Part shown: piece by piece, positions 51,987 through 64,000 of the stretch
Layout of the letters: the number at the start of each line of letters is the position of its first letter
Position numbering within the stretch: position 1 is the first letter of the stretch
The notes under the pieces: generated by a model
Told to the model about the DNA's origin: nothing
Seen by the model: only the letters and a program-made list of their open reading frames with translations
The model's database searches: none
Assembly (NCBI RefSeq): GCF_006345805.1
Contig: NC_043019.1
Location: 13,267,360-13,331,359 of the forward strand
Length of the DNA: 64,000 nucleotides
Source: Octopus sinensis
Lineage: Eukaryota
Direction: 5' to 3'
Program-made: the position numbers and the translations under genes

Positions 51987-52879
51987 GTCCTGAGTTCTCA
52001 AGAAGCAAGCACTTCAGGGAGCACTTTATGGGGCACTTTTCCTCTCTCTACCATGACCTTCCTTTCCAAATGCTACCTGGAGAACATAACAAGGGCTTGG
52101 CTTAAGAGGGACCGCTCTATCCTCAAACACTTCCTAGGTGCAATCTCAATGTCAGTCATGACTGAAGGGGGTCTTTACTCTTTTCTAGGAGAGGGTAACC
52201 AACTACTAAAACCATACCAAAGCAGACCTTGAAATACAAGGCAGTCCTTGCCGCTTTCAGCAGATCCTCTCAGACCACACCCAACACATGCCAGCCAGCA
52301 TGGAAGGCGGACATTAGAAGATGCTGACGTGCTCTTCTCTCAGGGCCATTCCTTAGCAGTGTCACACAACTCCTCAACTCCAACAACATTCAACAAAACT
52401 GGAAACTGAAACCATAAAGAATTCGATGCCAATAATTTTGACTGACATTAATTTCCATTTATTTCTTGCTGCATTTTTTGCTATTCTTTTGTAATTTTTA
52501 AAATACTGTGTGTGTGTGTGTGTGTATGTGTTGCAAGGTTTGGTAGTGTAATTTCAGTTTTATTGGTAATTTCATAGTAATTATTATTATATTATTATTT
52601 GATTATCATCATTATTATTATTATTATTGTTGTTGTTGTTGTTGTTGTTGTTCTTTCAATATTTCGTCAATAGGCGTCTGTCGCTTCTCTTTTACGATCG
52701 GCGTTTCAAATAAACAAACAAATAAATAATTTAATTTCGGTTAAAATATTCATGCACCTTTTCAGTCAGTTCTCATAAAGCGAGCGAGCAAGTGCTGCAC
52801 TGCACAGTTCGTTGTCTGCCGTTTTATACACACATGCACACAGGCAGGCACTTAGTTTTGCAAACCCACACATGCGCAT

Positions 52880-53357
52880 ACACACAGACATTCACACACA
52901 CACATACACACACTCACTGATATTCGGATACACACAGGCATTCACACACACACAGGCATTCACACTCACAGACATTCGGACACACACAGACATTCACACA
53001 CACACACGCATTCACACATACACAGACATTCACACACACACACACACACACACACATGCATTCACACACACACAGGCATTCACACACACACAGACATTCA
53101 CACACACTCACACATTCACACACACACAGACATTCACACACACTCACACATTCACACACACACAGACATTCACACACACACAGACATTCACACACACACA
53201 GACATTCACACACACACACTCAGACATTCGGACACACGCAGACATTCACACACACACACACACTCACTGACATTCGGGGACACACACACACAGACATTCA
53301 CATACTCACAGACATTCACACACTCACAGACATTCACACGCCCACACACACACACTC
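52880..53357. repeat. Minisatellite (cacacacacagacatt)n
   Basis: Seen directly. Confidence 0.95.
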
Positions 53358-53371
53358 ATGCCCTATCTCTT

Positions 53372-53413
<42 letters not shown>

Positions 53414-53784
53414 AAACACACATTTTTGTTTATTCCAATGCTATTAAAATATTTCAATTAACCGAATCTAACTTACTTTCTTTTTACCTTTTGACTTTTC
53501 TGAGAACCAATTTATTATTCCTGACTTTACTGCTACTACTACTACCACTGCTACTACTACCACTACTACTACTACTACTATTATTATTAATATCATTATA
53601 AAGTTCAAATATTGAGGAGTTCAAGCTCTCCTTTCATCATTCTTTGGTTGATGGAATAAAGTATGAGGCAAGTACGGAAGGAGTTCAGCTTAATCGACTG
53701 ACCTCCCCCGCCTCGAATAAATAAATAAATAATATTGGTGCCCTTGTGCCTCTATTAGAAATTATTGCAGGCTGAAGGGAACTG

Positions 53785-54375
53785 CTAATTTACGGGGATG
53801 TAAACGCACCAAAAATCGGTTGTCAAGCAACGTTGGTGGGGACAAATACAGACACACAAACATATGTATATATATATGTGTGTGTGTGTGGAGGCACAAT
53901 GGCCCAGTGGTTAGGGCAGCGGATTCATGGTCGTAGAATCGCAGTTTCAATTCCCAGATCAGGCGTTGTGTTTATTGAGCGCAAACACTTAAAGCTCCAC
54001 GAGGCTCCAGCAGGGGCTGGTGGCGATCCCTGCTGTACTCTTCCGACACAACTTTCTCTCACTCTTTCTTCTGCTGCTTAGCCAGCGGGGTGGCGTCATT
54101 TGAAGGCTAAGACACTGTGAAGCGCATTGTGACCAGCGAGTGTAGCAACATTTGAGTGCCTGGTCGGTCACAGTGATATATATATATATACACACACAAC
54201 ACACACACACAACCGGCTTCTTTCGGTTTCCATCTACCAAATCCACTCACATGACTTGGTCGGCACCTGAGGCTATAGTAGAAAGCATTTGCCCAAGGTG
54301 CCATGCTGTGAGACTGAACCTAGAACCATGTGGTTAGGGAGTTAGCTTGTTACCACACAGCTATGTCTGCACCTG
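53785..54375 (-). mobile_element. SINE A split by a SINE D insertion in its central microsatellite
   Basis: Body at 53785-53870, head at 54190-54375. Confidence 0.75.
53890..54178 (+). mobile_element. SINE D (tRNA-derived)
   Basis: A-box tggcccagtgg, B-box-like gtttcaattcc; a head fragment also occurs at 11238-11282. Confidence 0.75.
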
Positions 54376-54404
54376 TATATGTATATATATATATATATAC
54401 TGTT

Positions 54405-54760
54405 ATTCTTTTTTCTTATTTCGGTCCTTTGACTGCAGCCATGCTGGAGCAGTGCCATAAAGGGTTTTAGTTGAAGAAATCAACCCCAGGACTTTGTGAG
54501 CCTAGTGCTTATTCTATCAGTCTATTTTGCTGAACCGCTAAGTGTAGGGGACAAAAACACACGTATCACTGCCAAGCGATGATGAGGGGACAATACACAC
54601 ACACACGGTCACATTGATGGGTTTCTTTCAGCCCTCGATACCAAATCCATTCAAGAGGCTTTAGTTGGCCCACGGTTATAGTAGAGACACTTGCCCAAGG
54701 TGCCATGACAGGGGACTGTGAACCCAGATTTCCATGTGGTGGGAAGCAAGCTTAGCCAAG
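54405..54760 (-). mobile_element. Diverged SINE A
   Basis: gactgcagccatgctggagc...gacacttgcccaaggtgcc. Confidence 0.75.
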
Positions 54761-54839
54761 TCAGATGTATGTATGTAGGTTTGTATATATATATATATAT
54801 ATGTGGTGTGTGTATGGGGATGTGTTGTGTGTGTAATGT

Positions 54840-54875
<36 letters not shown>

Positions 54876-56117
54876 AATATATACACATATATGTATATAT
54901 ACATATATGTATAAATATATATATATATATACATACATATATGTATATAGATATATACATACATATATGTGTATATATATGTATATATATATATATATAT
55001 ATACAAACACACACACACATACATACATACATACATACATACAAAGGAATTGTTTTGCCAAAGAATTTTCAATGGCTGATGAAAACCGTTTTTTTTCCTT
55101 TCATTCTGTAGACAGACATAATAAATCTGTATGGAATCAATGTCGCGAAGAATTTTGTGTAAGTTTTTGTTGTCAGCAAGTATTGAACAAAACACGGGAC
55201 AAACAAAGACTGTAAATGTGGAATTATTATGAAAAATGGTTAAAACATTAACTTAATAAAATGTACTAAATAAAAATTTCAATTAACATGCAAGTTTTGG
55301 GAGAGAAAAAAAGAAAAATGGAAAGAAAAGGAAGAAAAATACAATGCAAAGCAAATGGAACACAAAACTCAAAACTGTGATCAATAACAATTGATTAGCT
55401 GCAGAGTAATAATAATACGAAATAAATAAATGAATAAATATAAAAGGCATGTTATTAACAAATGAATCTTAATTTGCTCTCGTTATGTTTATAGAGACCT
55501 GTCACTAGAAAGAGGGGGTGGATCATAAAGAGATAATTTTAAGTGACTTTTGCTAGTTGCAGGTTAAATTTATTACAAAAAAGAACAAAAAAAATTACTA
55601 CTCGGAATTGAATTTCTGAAAGACTGCTGCCAGCAGGCCTATTATGCTATTTGATGGCTATTTAATAGCCGCGATCATCATCATCGTCATCACCCGCGCC
55701 GTCATCGCTGCGGCTGCTCTCGTCATAGTCTTTGTCATTAATATTACACAATTATTATGTTTATTCTAGACAATACATGACAAATGATACCTGTCATATG
55801 TCATACTTTTTGTTCGTTAAATGACATTTATTAGAATTTAAATTGTATTTTTTTTTTCCATTTTGTTTTTAATTTTCGTTCATTTTGGTGTTTTTTTCCT
55901 TCTAATTTTGCGCTGAGATTTTAAAATCAGATTTTTCTTTATTTTCCATTATTTTTTAAATATTTTCTTTTCATAAACTCGATATGTTGTATTTCATTTA
56001 CAAGCTATTATTGTCATTATTATCATTGTTATTATCGTCATAATTATTGTTATTATTATTATCATCATCGTTATCATTGTTATTATTGACATTGTTTAAC
56101 ATTCATATTAATTTATC

Positions 56118-56158
<41 letters not shown>

Positions 56159-56207
56159 GTTTAGTGGGGGTTTTTCTGTGTGTATTAGATTTTACTATGA
56201 TATATAG

Positions 56208-56267
56208 AATTACATTTGTTTTAATTCAATTTAATTTATTTTATCTTATTTTTATTTACAGGTAAGT
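56208..56267 (+). other. Candidate recursive splice site (3'SS fused to 5'SS, CAG|GTAAGT)
   Basis: About 50-nt AG-free T-rich tract, tttaat branch-like motifs, tttttatttacag (G at 56261) immediately followed by gtaagt (56262-56267). Confidence 0.55.
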
Positions 56268-56961
56268 GAAAGACGAACTCTACGATTTTGCTGATGTTGA
56301 TTACTTCTTGCTCTTTCTCTCTCTCTTGAAACCACAATACGGATGGAATTTTATTCGTCATCAAAGACATCAACAAATACCAGCAATCAATGGAGATTTT
56401 TAGTTTTACTCTTATATTATGGATGGTTTTTTTTTCTCTAATGAAAATGAGCAACGATCAATTAAGTGATGATATATTGTGGAAATAGAAGAGAAATACA
56501 AAAATATATTTTCAAACAGAAATTTAATGTTTCGGGGGAAGGATGTTCCATAAGTGAAAAAGGAGAATGAGTTATGTTTTATTTTCTGATCCTTGCCCCC
56601 TTTTAATGGACAATGGTAAGTTTTGAAGTTTTATACTATGCACTACGACAATATAGTAACCAAGGTATAATGACTGAAAACTATTGGTGATTATAATAGG
56701 TTTATTATGAATATTAAATATTCTTCTATAATTACTGCAGTTACCGGTGTATTTAAACATTTAAAAACATTTTTTTCTTGTATCCAAAAATCGCCCTGTG
56801 TGTCTGTGTTACAGATGGGTGACCTAATGTCATAGGCTAGAGAACCAAGTGAATGTAAGTCCTTTAGGTGTAAGAATTGTTACTAATAATAAAATATTGC
56901 AAACGAGCTAAATTATGAAAAATTGCTCATTGTACATTGGCAGTTATGTGGAGCTTAATTT

Positions 56962-57516
56962 ATAACCCGTTAGCAGTCTGATTACTCTGCCAATTATAAT
57001 GTTCGTTTATTCACATTATTATGAAGTTACGAGCAAAACGCCCCCTGTTCAATGGACGGTGCTGAGTTGTCAAACATTTAAACCAAAATTTCTCAAAACA
57101 ACTTGTCCGACCGTCCCATAGGCCTCCCCTTTGAGAAACACTGATTTAACCTAAATTTCAGACACCAGCAAAAGAAGAAATAAAGATAGACTTTTTTTCT
57201 ATTCCAAGAAAACAATTTTACAAATGCACGTTCCCATGGCTTTATTGATCGCATTCTCACCTGGAATCGACTTTTGTAATTTTTTCAAGACTTATACACG
57301 CCCTGATACCGTCAGTATCTACATATCAAATTTGAGCGCAATCGGATGGAGGATGCCCAAGATCCTAGAAGACACACAGACAGACAGACAGAACGTATTT
57401 TATATAATAGATCATGCATTATCTCATAGCTTCAAGATTTCAATGATGTGAATGTTTACTTTTAGAGTGACATTGTCGGGTAGGTGTGAGAGGCTAGAAA
57501 TGGTCAGTTTAAATGC
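56962..57516 (+). mobile_element. MITE E split by a Helitron
   Basis: ataacccgttagcagtc...atgaagtta | tcatgcattatctc...gtgtgagagg; the joined halves restore the family sequence. Confidence 0.75.
57030..57411 (-). mobile_element. Non-autonomous Helitron
   Basis: Minus strand: host A ^ TCTATTATATAAAA, (TCTG)n near the 5' end, imperfect subterminal hairpin, ends CTCG ^ host T; no TSD. Confidence 0.75.
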
Positions 57517-57924
57517 ACTCCAGTTTGTATTGCCATATACTTGTTGAGCTATGTCAGTAATTTTTGGAATGAGGAATAATGCATTGGAACATTTACCATT
57601 CTTTGATCATGAGAAGTTAGAGAAAATGTTCATTTGTCTTCCTATATATTTTCTGCTCTGGTCTTTGAAATACATCTTACTGTATTCTGACTCTTTTACA
57701 CTCTGTTTTGGAACACGTCTTGAATATTTTGTTAATGTTTGGTCAACTCATCAAGTTATTAGAATTAACTGTTTTTTTTTTAACTTTCAACCCTTTTGAT
57801 ACTAACCCACCTGAGACTGACCCTAGTTTAGTAATACAAAAGTTTCCGCTTCTTAAAGGAAACTTTTGTTTGTATATATATATATATATGTATATCTTTT
57901 GTAAATATAAATATATATATATAT

Positions 57925-58350
57925 ATCTACCTATCCATATATGTATATCAATATCTACATATCTATTCATCTATATACCTACTTATCTATCTATCCATTT
58001 ATTTATCTATTTACCCTACCTGTTTATCTATCTATCTGTTTATCTATATATCTGTCTATCGATCTATCTATCCCTCTATCTACCATCTATCCATCTGTCC
58101 ATCTACCTCTCTATCTATCTATCTATCTATCTATTCTATCTATCTGTCTATCGATCTATCTATCCCTCTATCTACCATCTATCCATCTGTCCATCTACCT
58201 CTCTATCTATCTATTCTATCTATTCTATCTATCTATCTGTCTATCTATCTATCTATCTATCCATTTATTTATCTACCTACCTGCCTATCCATCTGTCCAT
58301 CTACTCTCTATCTATCTATCTATCTATCTATCTATCCATCTATCTATCTA
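57925..58350. repeat. (TATC)n mosaic with a 92-bp-period internal duplication
   Basis: tctgtctatcgatctatctatccctctatctacc at 58051 and 58143. Confidence 0.9.
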
Positions 58351-59191
58351 GCTATAATGCTGCAGTATGACCACCGTCCTATAACACACAATCATGTCTT
58401 GTGGCCATAATCTTTTCTTCAGTTCCTCATGGAATATGAAACGCCCATCCATAATTTTCCCTCTTCTTTGCTTCCAGCAATGTAGAGTTTTTTCTTTTGG
58501 TTTTTTTTTTTTTTGGCTTTTTTCTTCTTCTTGGTTTTGGTTTGGGATTCTTGTGAATTGGATAATGCCAGGAGGAGGAAATCTTTGCTCTGCTTCCTTC
58601 CTCTTTTCTTGTGTTCTTTGTTGCTGCTGGTTTCAACTCCCAATCACCGATTATTATTGTGTTTAGTGTACTCCATCGTGTAAAGAATTTTACATTCCTC
58701 TACTTTGGTCCTCTCTGGTTCTTTCTGTGAATATAATTACGACACAGAAAAAGTGTACGCATGTGCACATGCACACACACACACACACACACACTCTCTC
58801 TCTCTCACACATGCTGACACACATTATCGAAATTCAATGAAAGCTTTTTTATCTATTCATCTCAAGTGTTCCAAGCACCCTAAAGTGCTATACATTTCCT
58901 CCTCCACCTCCGCTTCCTCCTCTTCCTTCCCCTTCTCCTCCTCCTACTACTACTACTACTGCTAATCTGCTGAAAACTTCAGTAGATCAAACTTCAGTTT
59001 TTCTTGACCAACACTAACTTTGTAGTTAACCAATGGACAACAGTACACTGCAGGTTATATAAACAATTATTCCATTCTGAGTTCAAATCCTGCTGGTGTC
59101 CACTTTGCTTTTCATCCTTACAGGGTCAATTAAATGTGTACCAGTCAAGTACTGGGGTCAATGCAACTACTATTATTATTATTATTATTAT

Positions 59192-59750
59192 TGATTGAGA
59201 GAGCAGTACATGCCATCAAAGTGACACTGGGGTAAAATATACGAAGCCCAATATACCCATCATGACTACCCGTCTGATAAGGGTAGACCAGGCACATGCA
59301 TCACAACCATATGTGCGCGACATGGTGACCTCATATCAAGATTAACAGTGCATGACCTTGCAGGTGGGGCCCAGTTAGAATTTTCTTCTGGTCGAGTAGC
59401 CCTTCCCGCTCAAAAGGTCCCTGAATAAGGGTTGTTTAAGGATGTTGAAAGAACCACCCATGTTTCCAGAGGTGAACTATTCAAACCCCAAAGAATCCCT
59501 CTCAACACATGGCTATGATGCTACCCCACTACTTCTGCTCGTGATCAGAGATGCACATATCGTCAGCCACTAAGGGACATGCTCAACTGGTTACGGTCAA
59601 ACAACTGACAAGCAAATCTGTGGTATTGAGCAGAATATTTGCTGTAGACCATCTTTTATACCAAGACAAAACAATGTACATGATAACACATCCAATCAGT
59701 TAAGATAAGAAGCCATGAGAACCACTGCCTGGTACTGCATGAGGGCATTT
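59192..59750 (-). mobile_element. Family G element, apparently complete, embedded in (ATT)n
   Basis: (att)n on both flanks; 59192-59490 matches 11325-11620. Confidence 0.8.
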
Positions 59751-59929
59751 ATTATTATTATTACTATTATTTGCTGTTTCTTTGCCGTGTGTTGATGGTG
59801 TTTCTGTCACTAAGTTGTCATTTTGTATTAGATATGCTTCTTTACACACCTGAGTGGAATTCATCATTTTATTACACACATTAGCTGTCTGTCTCTTTTT
59901 ACCTACTTACCTATTTCTTCATTTTATCT

Positions 59930-60352
59930 TGCTATTTATATCTGTCTGTTTGTCTATCTACCAATCTATCAGTCCCTCGCTATCTATCCATCTCTCTTGC
60001 TATCTTTCTCTGGTTGTTTGCCTGTCTGTCTATCTATATATCTATCTGTCCATCTATTTATATGTATGTCTAATATTCAACTAGCTATATCTCTTTGTCC
60101 ATCTATCTATGTATTTTTCAACTATCTATCTATCTATACCAGTCAGCTTATCTATCTGTCTATATTTATTAATCAGTCAATCTATCTATATGTATCTATC
60201 TATCTATCTATCTATCTATTTATCTATATATATATATATATGTCTTTCTATCTACCTATTTATCTATATCTTTCTATCTATGTATGTCTATCTATCTATC
60301 CATCCATCATCTCTCTATCTATCTATCCATCTATCTATCCACTACCTACCTG

Positions 60353-60390
<38 letters not shown>

Positions 60391-60480
60391 CATCACCTAC
60401 CTACCTACCTATCTATCTATCCATCACCTATCTATCTATCTATCTATCTGTCTGTGTTTATCTATCTGTCTGTCTACCTT
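59930..60480. repeat. (TATC)n microsatellite mosaic
   Basis: Seen directly. Confidence 0.9.
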
Positions 60481-61017
60481 CCTCCCTCCATTCCTTCCTT
60501 CCTTTCTTCCATCTTTATTTCTTCCTTCCTTGCCGCCACTGCCTACTCAAACGGTCTCCATCCATACCCTGTCTGCGATATTCACTATTCACAGATCACT
60601 GACGAAACGGCAATATGCTTCATGCTGAAAACGTTTCATGTCATTTCTGATCCTAATGTAGATACGAAATGCCTGTTCGTTCCTTCGTTCCACGACAGAA
60701 GCAAGCATTCCGAACGCACTCACTGCATTCCTCTCCGTCTGTCTGCGACTCTTAACACACTTTTAGGTGTGTGGACATGACACATTTCGCCAACACACAT
60801 AAAAGCCGATCTAATCAAAGATACTTAGATAAATGTCGAAACTGTCCTATCAATTTAAAAACACCTTTTCAAAATTTTTAAATTCTGTCCATTAGATGTT
60901 CTGCAAAGTTGCTTCAAGAGCTTTTAAGCTGAGGCTAATTATTTTTATTCCTCGCTTCCTCCCGCTCCTCATCATGAGGTGCATCTCTTGTAGATTTACT
61001 GCTTCTGTGTGCGTGGG

Positions 61018-61083
<66 letters not shown>

Positions 61084-61151
61084 ATATATATATTTATTTA
61101 TGTATATATACGTACGCATGCGTGTATCTATGTGTGTAAATATATATGTAT

Positions 61152-61183
<32 letters not shown>

Positions 61184-62160
61184 CATACACACACGCATAC
61201 TTGTGTGTTTGTGTGCATGTACATAGACAGGCATATACAAATATATGTATATGTGTGTGTGTTCGTATGTAAGTGTATATATTACCATGTATATATACAC
61301 ACACATATACACATATATATATACATTTATATGCACTTGTATGTATGTAAGTGCATATATGTATGCACATATATATGTGTGTGTGTGTGTGTGCATATAT
61401 GTATGCACATATATATGTGTGTTTGTGCATATATGTTTGCACATATATATATATATATATATATACATATTATAGTTTATATATTTTATATACATGTGCT
61501 TATAAATTTATATGCATATATACAAATGCCTGTGTTTATATATATACATAGAAGCACACATATATATGCCTGTGTGTGTGTGCGAGAAAGAGAGAGGGAG
61601 AGAGCTAGTGAGGGCAACAGTGATAATGTCTTGATTTCTTGAACTAGTAAAGTTTTATCTCTTGTTTTTCCTTCTACTCTTTCTACTCTTTCTCACTGCT
61701 GTTTTGTAGTCTTTGTTGTTGATGTTGTATCCTTGTCCAGTCAGTGTCTCTTCTTAGTGCTTCTGAGAATTACTGCGTGGTTGAGCATCAGACTCTTTAA
61801 ACGTTTTAAAACTTTTCGTGCTTGCAGCTATTACAAAGAATTACGTAATACTGCATTTAACCATTTACCATTTACGGTAGCACCATTTACCATTGCCCAC
61901 TCATTGTAACTACCATATTTACCATTTATTATGGTACCACACTCTTTACCACAATCTGCCACTGATCATAGTTCTGTACATTGTACATGAAGCTTCATTT
62001 ATTGCTTATAACATGGGATGGTCAATTGTGAAGCAGATTATGATTGTCACAGATTGATCTCTGATGACACAGGTCAGCATTCTGATAACACTGGTCAGCA
62101 ATCAATCACAGATTTTGCTTGGGTTGCAAGAACACACACTTTTGACCACCTGTGATATTC

Positions 62161-62582
62161 ATATCTCTTTACTACCCACAAGGTGCTAAACAAAGAGGGG
62201 ACAAACAAGGACAGACAAACGGATTAAGTCGATTACATCGACCCCAGTGTGTAACTGGTACTTGATTTATCGACCTCGAAAGGATGAAAGGCTAAGTCAA
62301 CCTCGGCAGAATTTGAAATCAGAATGTAAAGACAGACGAAATACCTATTTCTTTACTACCCACTAGGGGCTAAACATAGAGGGGACAAACAAGGACAGAC
62401 AAACAAATTAAGTTGATTACATCGACCCCAGTACTTAATTTATCGACTAGTACTTAATTTATCGACCCTGAAAGGATGAAAGGCAAATTCGACCTCGGCG
62501 GAATTTGAACTCAGAACGTAGCGGCAGACGAAATATCGCTACGCATTTCACCCGGCGTGCTAACGTTTCTGCCAGTTCGCCT
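62161..62582 (-). mobile_element. SINE B dimer
   Basis: Same organisation and junction as 31885-32306. Confidence 0.9.
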
Positions 62583-63469
62583 TCCAGAGTGGAAGATACT
62601 CGTTCATGGTACCACAAGATGAGAACTGAACCCAAAACCTTTGTAGTCAGAAAGCAAACTTCTTAGCAGACAGCTGCCACTTGTAGAATTCTTTTGAATG
62701 GCCATTATGTAAAGAAGACTGATCCGTGGACACTTATGGAATGGAATATAATGGCTTCTGTACACAGACAATTCTGGGAACTTAAAGAATTTGGCATTGT
62801 GAACAACTGATATCAGTGGTGCCATATGCGTGGATCATAGCGACGACTGCGACAGCAACTGCAACAGCGGGACAAAAACAGATATATTAGGGGTGGAAGG
62901 AAGAAGTATTCTTCAGTTTGTTTTCATGTTTTTTTTTTTATTGTTTATTGTTGTCACATGCCAGTATTCACCCCCTTCCCCCGCCGGACCCCTCTCTCTC
63001 TCTCTGCCGCTTCACTTAAGGAATCCTTTGAAGATAGTCAAAACCCGTCTGTTTTTCCTCCACTCCAGCCCCTGGCAACAGTCTGCGAGAGTCTTTTGTC
63101 TTGCAAAAATGGAAGGAAACATAAAAAGGAAAATATCTATCTTAAGTGATTATTTGTTGATTAATAAATGTCCAAAGGAGCTGGCACAAGGTGGGGTGGG
63201 GGTTGGGCAGGGGGGTGCTTTGTTCTTTGGTCTCTTTGTTCCACTCCTTTTTTTTTCGTTTTTTGGTTTTTGTATCTTCATTCTCTTACTGTATTTGATA
63301 AAAAAAAAATTATCCCCTGTCGCGGGGAGTGGGGGGGGGGGCAGATGATAGAATTTTTCCCTTTTGTTTTGTTTTTTTTTTTCTTTTCTTTTCTCTCCAC
63401 ATCACCATCCAGCATCCATTCTCTGTGTCCCTGTTCCTGTGTCACTAAAAATAAAGTGGTGGTTTTAGA

Positions 63470-63483
63470 TACATACATACATA

Positions 63484-63537
<54 letters not shown>

Positions 63538-63690
63538 ATGAATATATATATATATGTGTATATATATATAAACATATGAATATATGTATATATATGTGTA
63601 TATATATATATAAACATATGAATATATATATATATGTGTGTGTATTTATATATATATATATATATATATAAACATGAATATATATATATA

Positions 63691-63731
<41 letters not shown>

Positions 63732-63822
63732 ATATGAATATATATATATATATATATGTGTATATATGCATATATATATGTATATGAATATATATATATA
63801 TATATGTGTATATATGCATATA

Positions 63823-63876
<54 letters not shown>

Positions 63877-63881
63877 TATAT
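63470..63881. repeat. (TA)n mosaic with recurrent aaacat(at)gaa units
   Basis: Seen directly. Confidence 0.9.
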
Positions 63882-64000
63882 GTAAGAAAGGAAAAGAATA
63901 AAATGCTTAACTTGGCTGGTAGTGGGATGCAACTAGAAAACAAAAAAAAACACATAGAATAAGGAAAAGAGAAAAAAAAAAAAAAAATTGGTAGGACTGA

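Noticed and set aside
51987-52085. Minus-strand HLERKVMVERGKV, possibly a LINE ORF2 end continuing across the gap
   Set aside because: Too short and degenerate, and contiguity across a 100-N gap is unknown.
61878-61888. tagcaccattt, matching the start of miR-29
   Set aside because: Part of a local accattt repeat; the rest of the mature sequence and a hairpin are absent.

Overview
AT-rich, microsatellite-saturated eukaryotic DNA. The repeat repertoire resembles an octopus (coleoid cephalopod) genome, which is an inference. I find no intact host protein-coding gene. Almost all ORFs in the track come from simple repeats or SINEs. The only recognisable protein remnants are an internally deleted mariner transposase (29101-29399, +) and the C-terminus of a CR1-like LINE ORF2 (6632-6886, -). 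The window is a mosaic of tRNA-derived SINEs (called here A = CORE-like, B, D), a (GAT)n-tailed retroposon (C), an (AAT)n-embedded element (G), TTAA/piggyBac-type MITEs (E, F), a hAT MITE, Helitron-type elements, Penelope-like pLTR remnants, minisatellites and short unique islands. There is a 100-N assembly gap at 51887-51986. The most notable signal is a textbook recursive-splicing (ratchet point) motif, a polypyrimidine tract followed by CAG|GTAAGT at 56261/56262, suggesting a giant + strand intron. Also notable: two SINE/LINE partner tails side by side at 6.5-7.3 kb, a decayed minimal hammerhead ribozyme, SINE-B multimers joined at a recurrent internal site, and a highly structured TA-flanked element at 18.5 kb. 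Repeat boundaries were read by eye and are approximate unless a motif is quoted.
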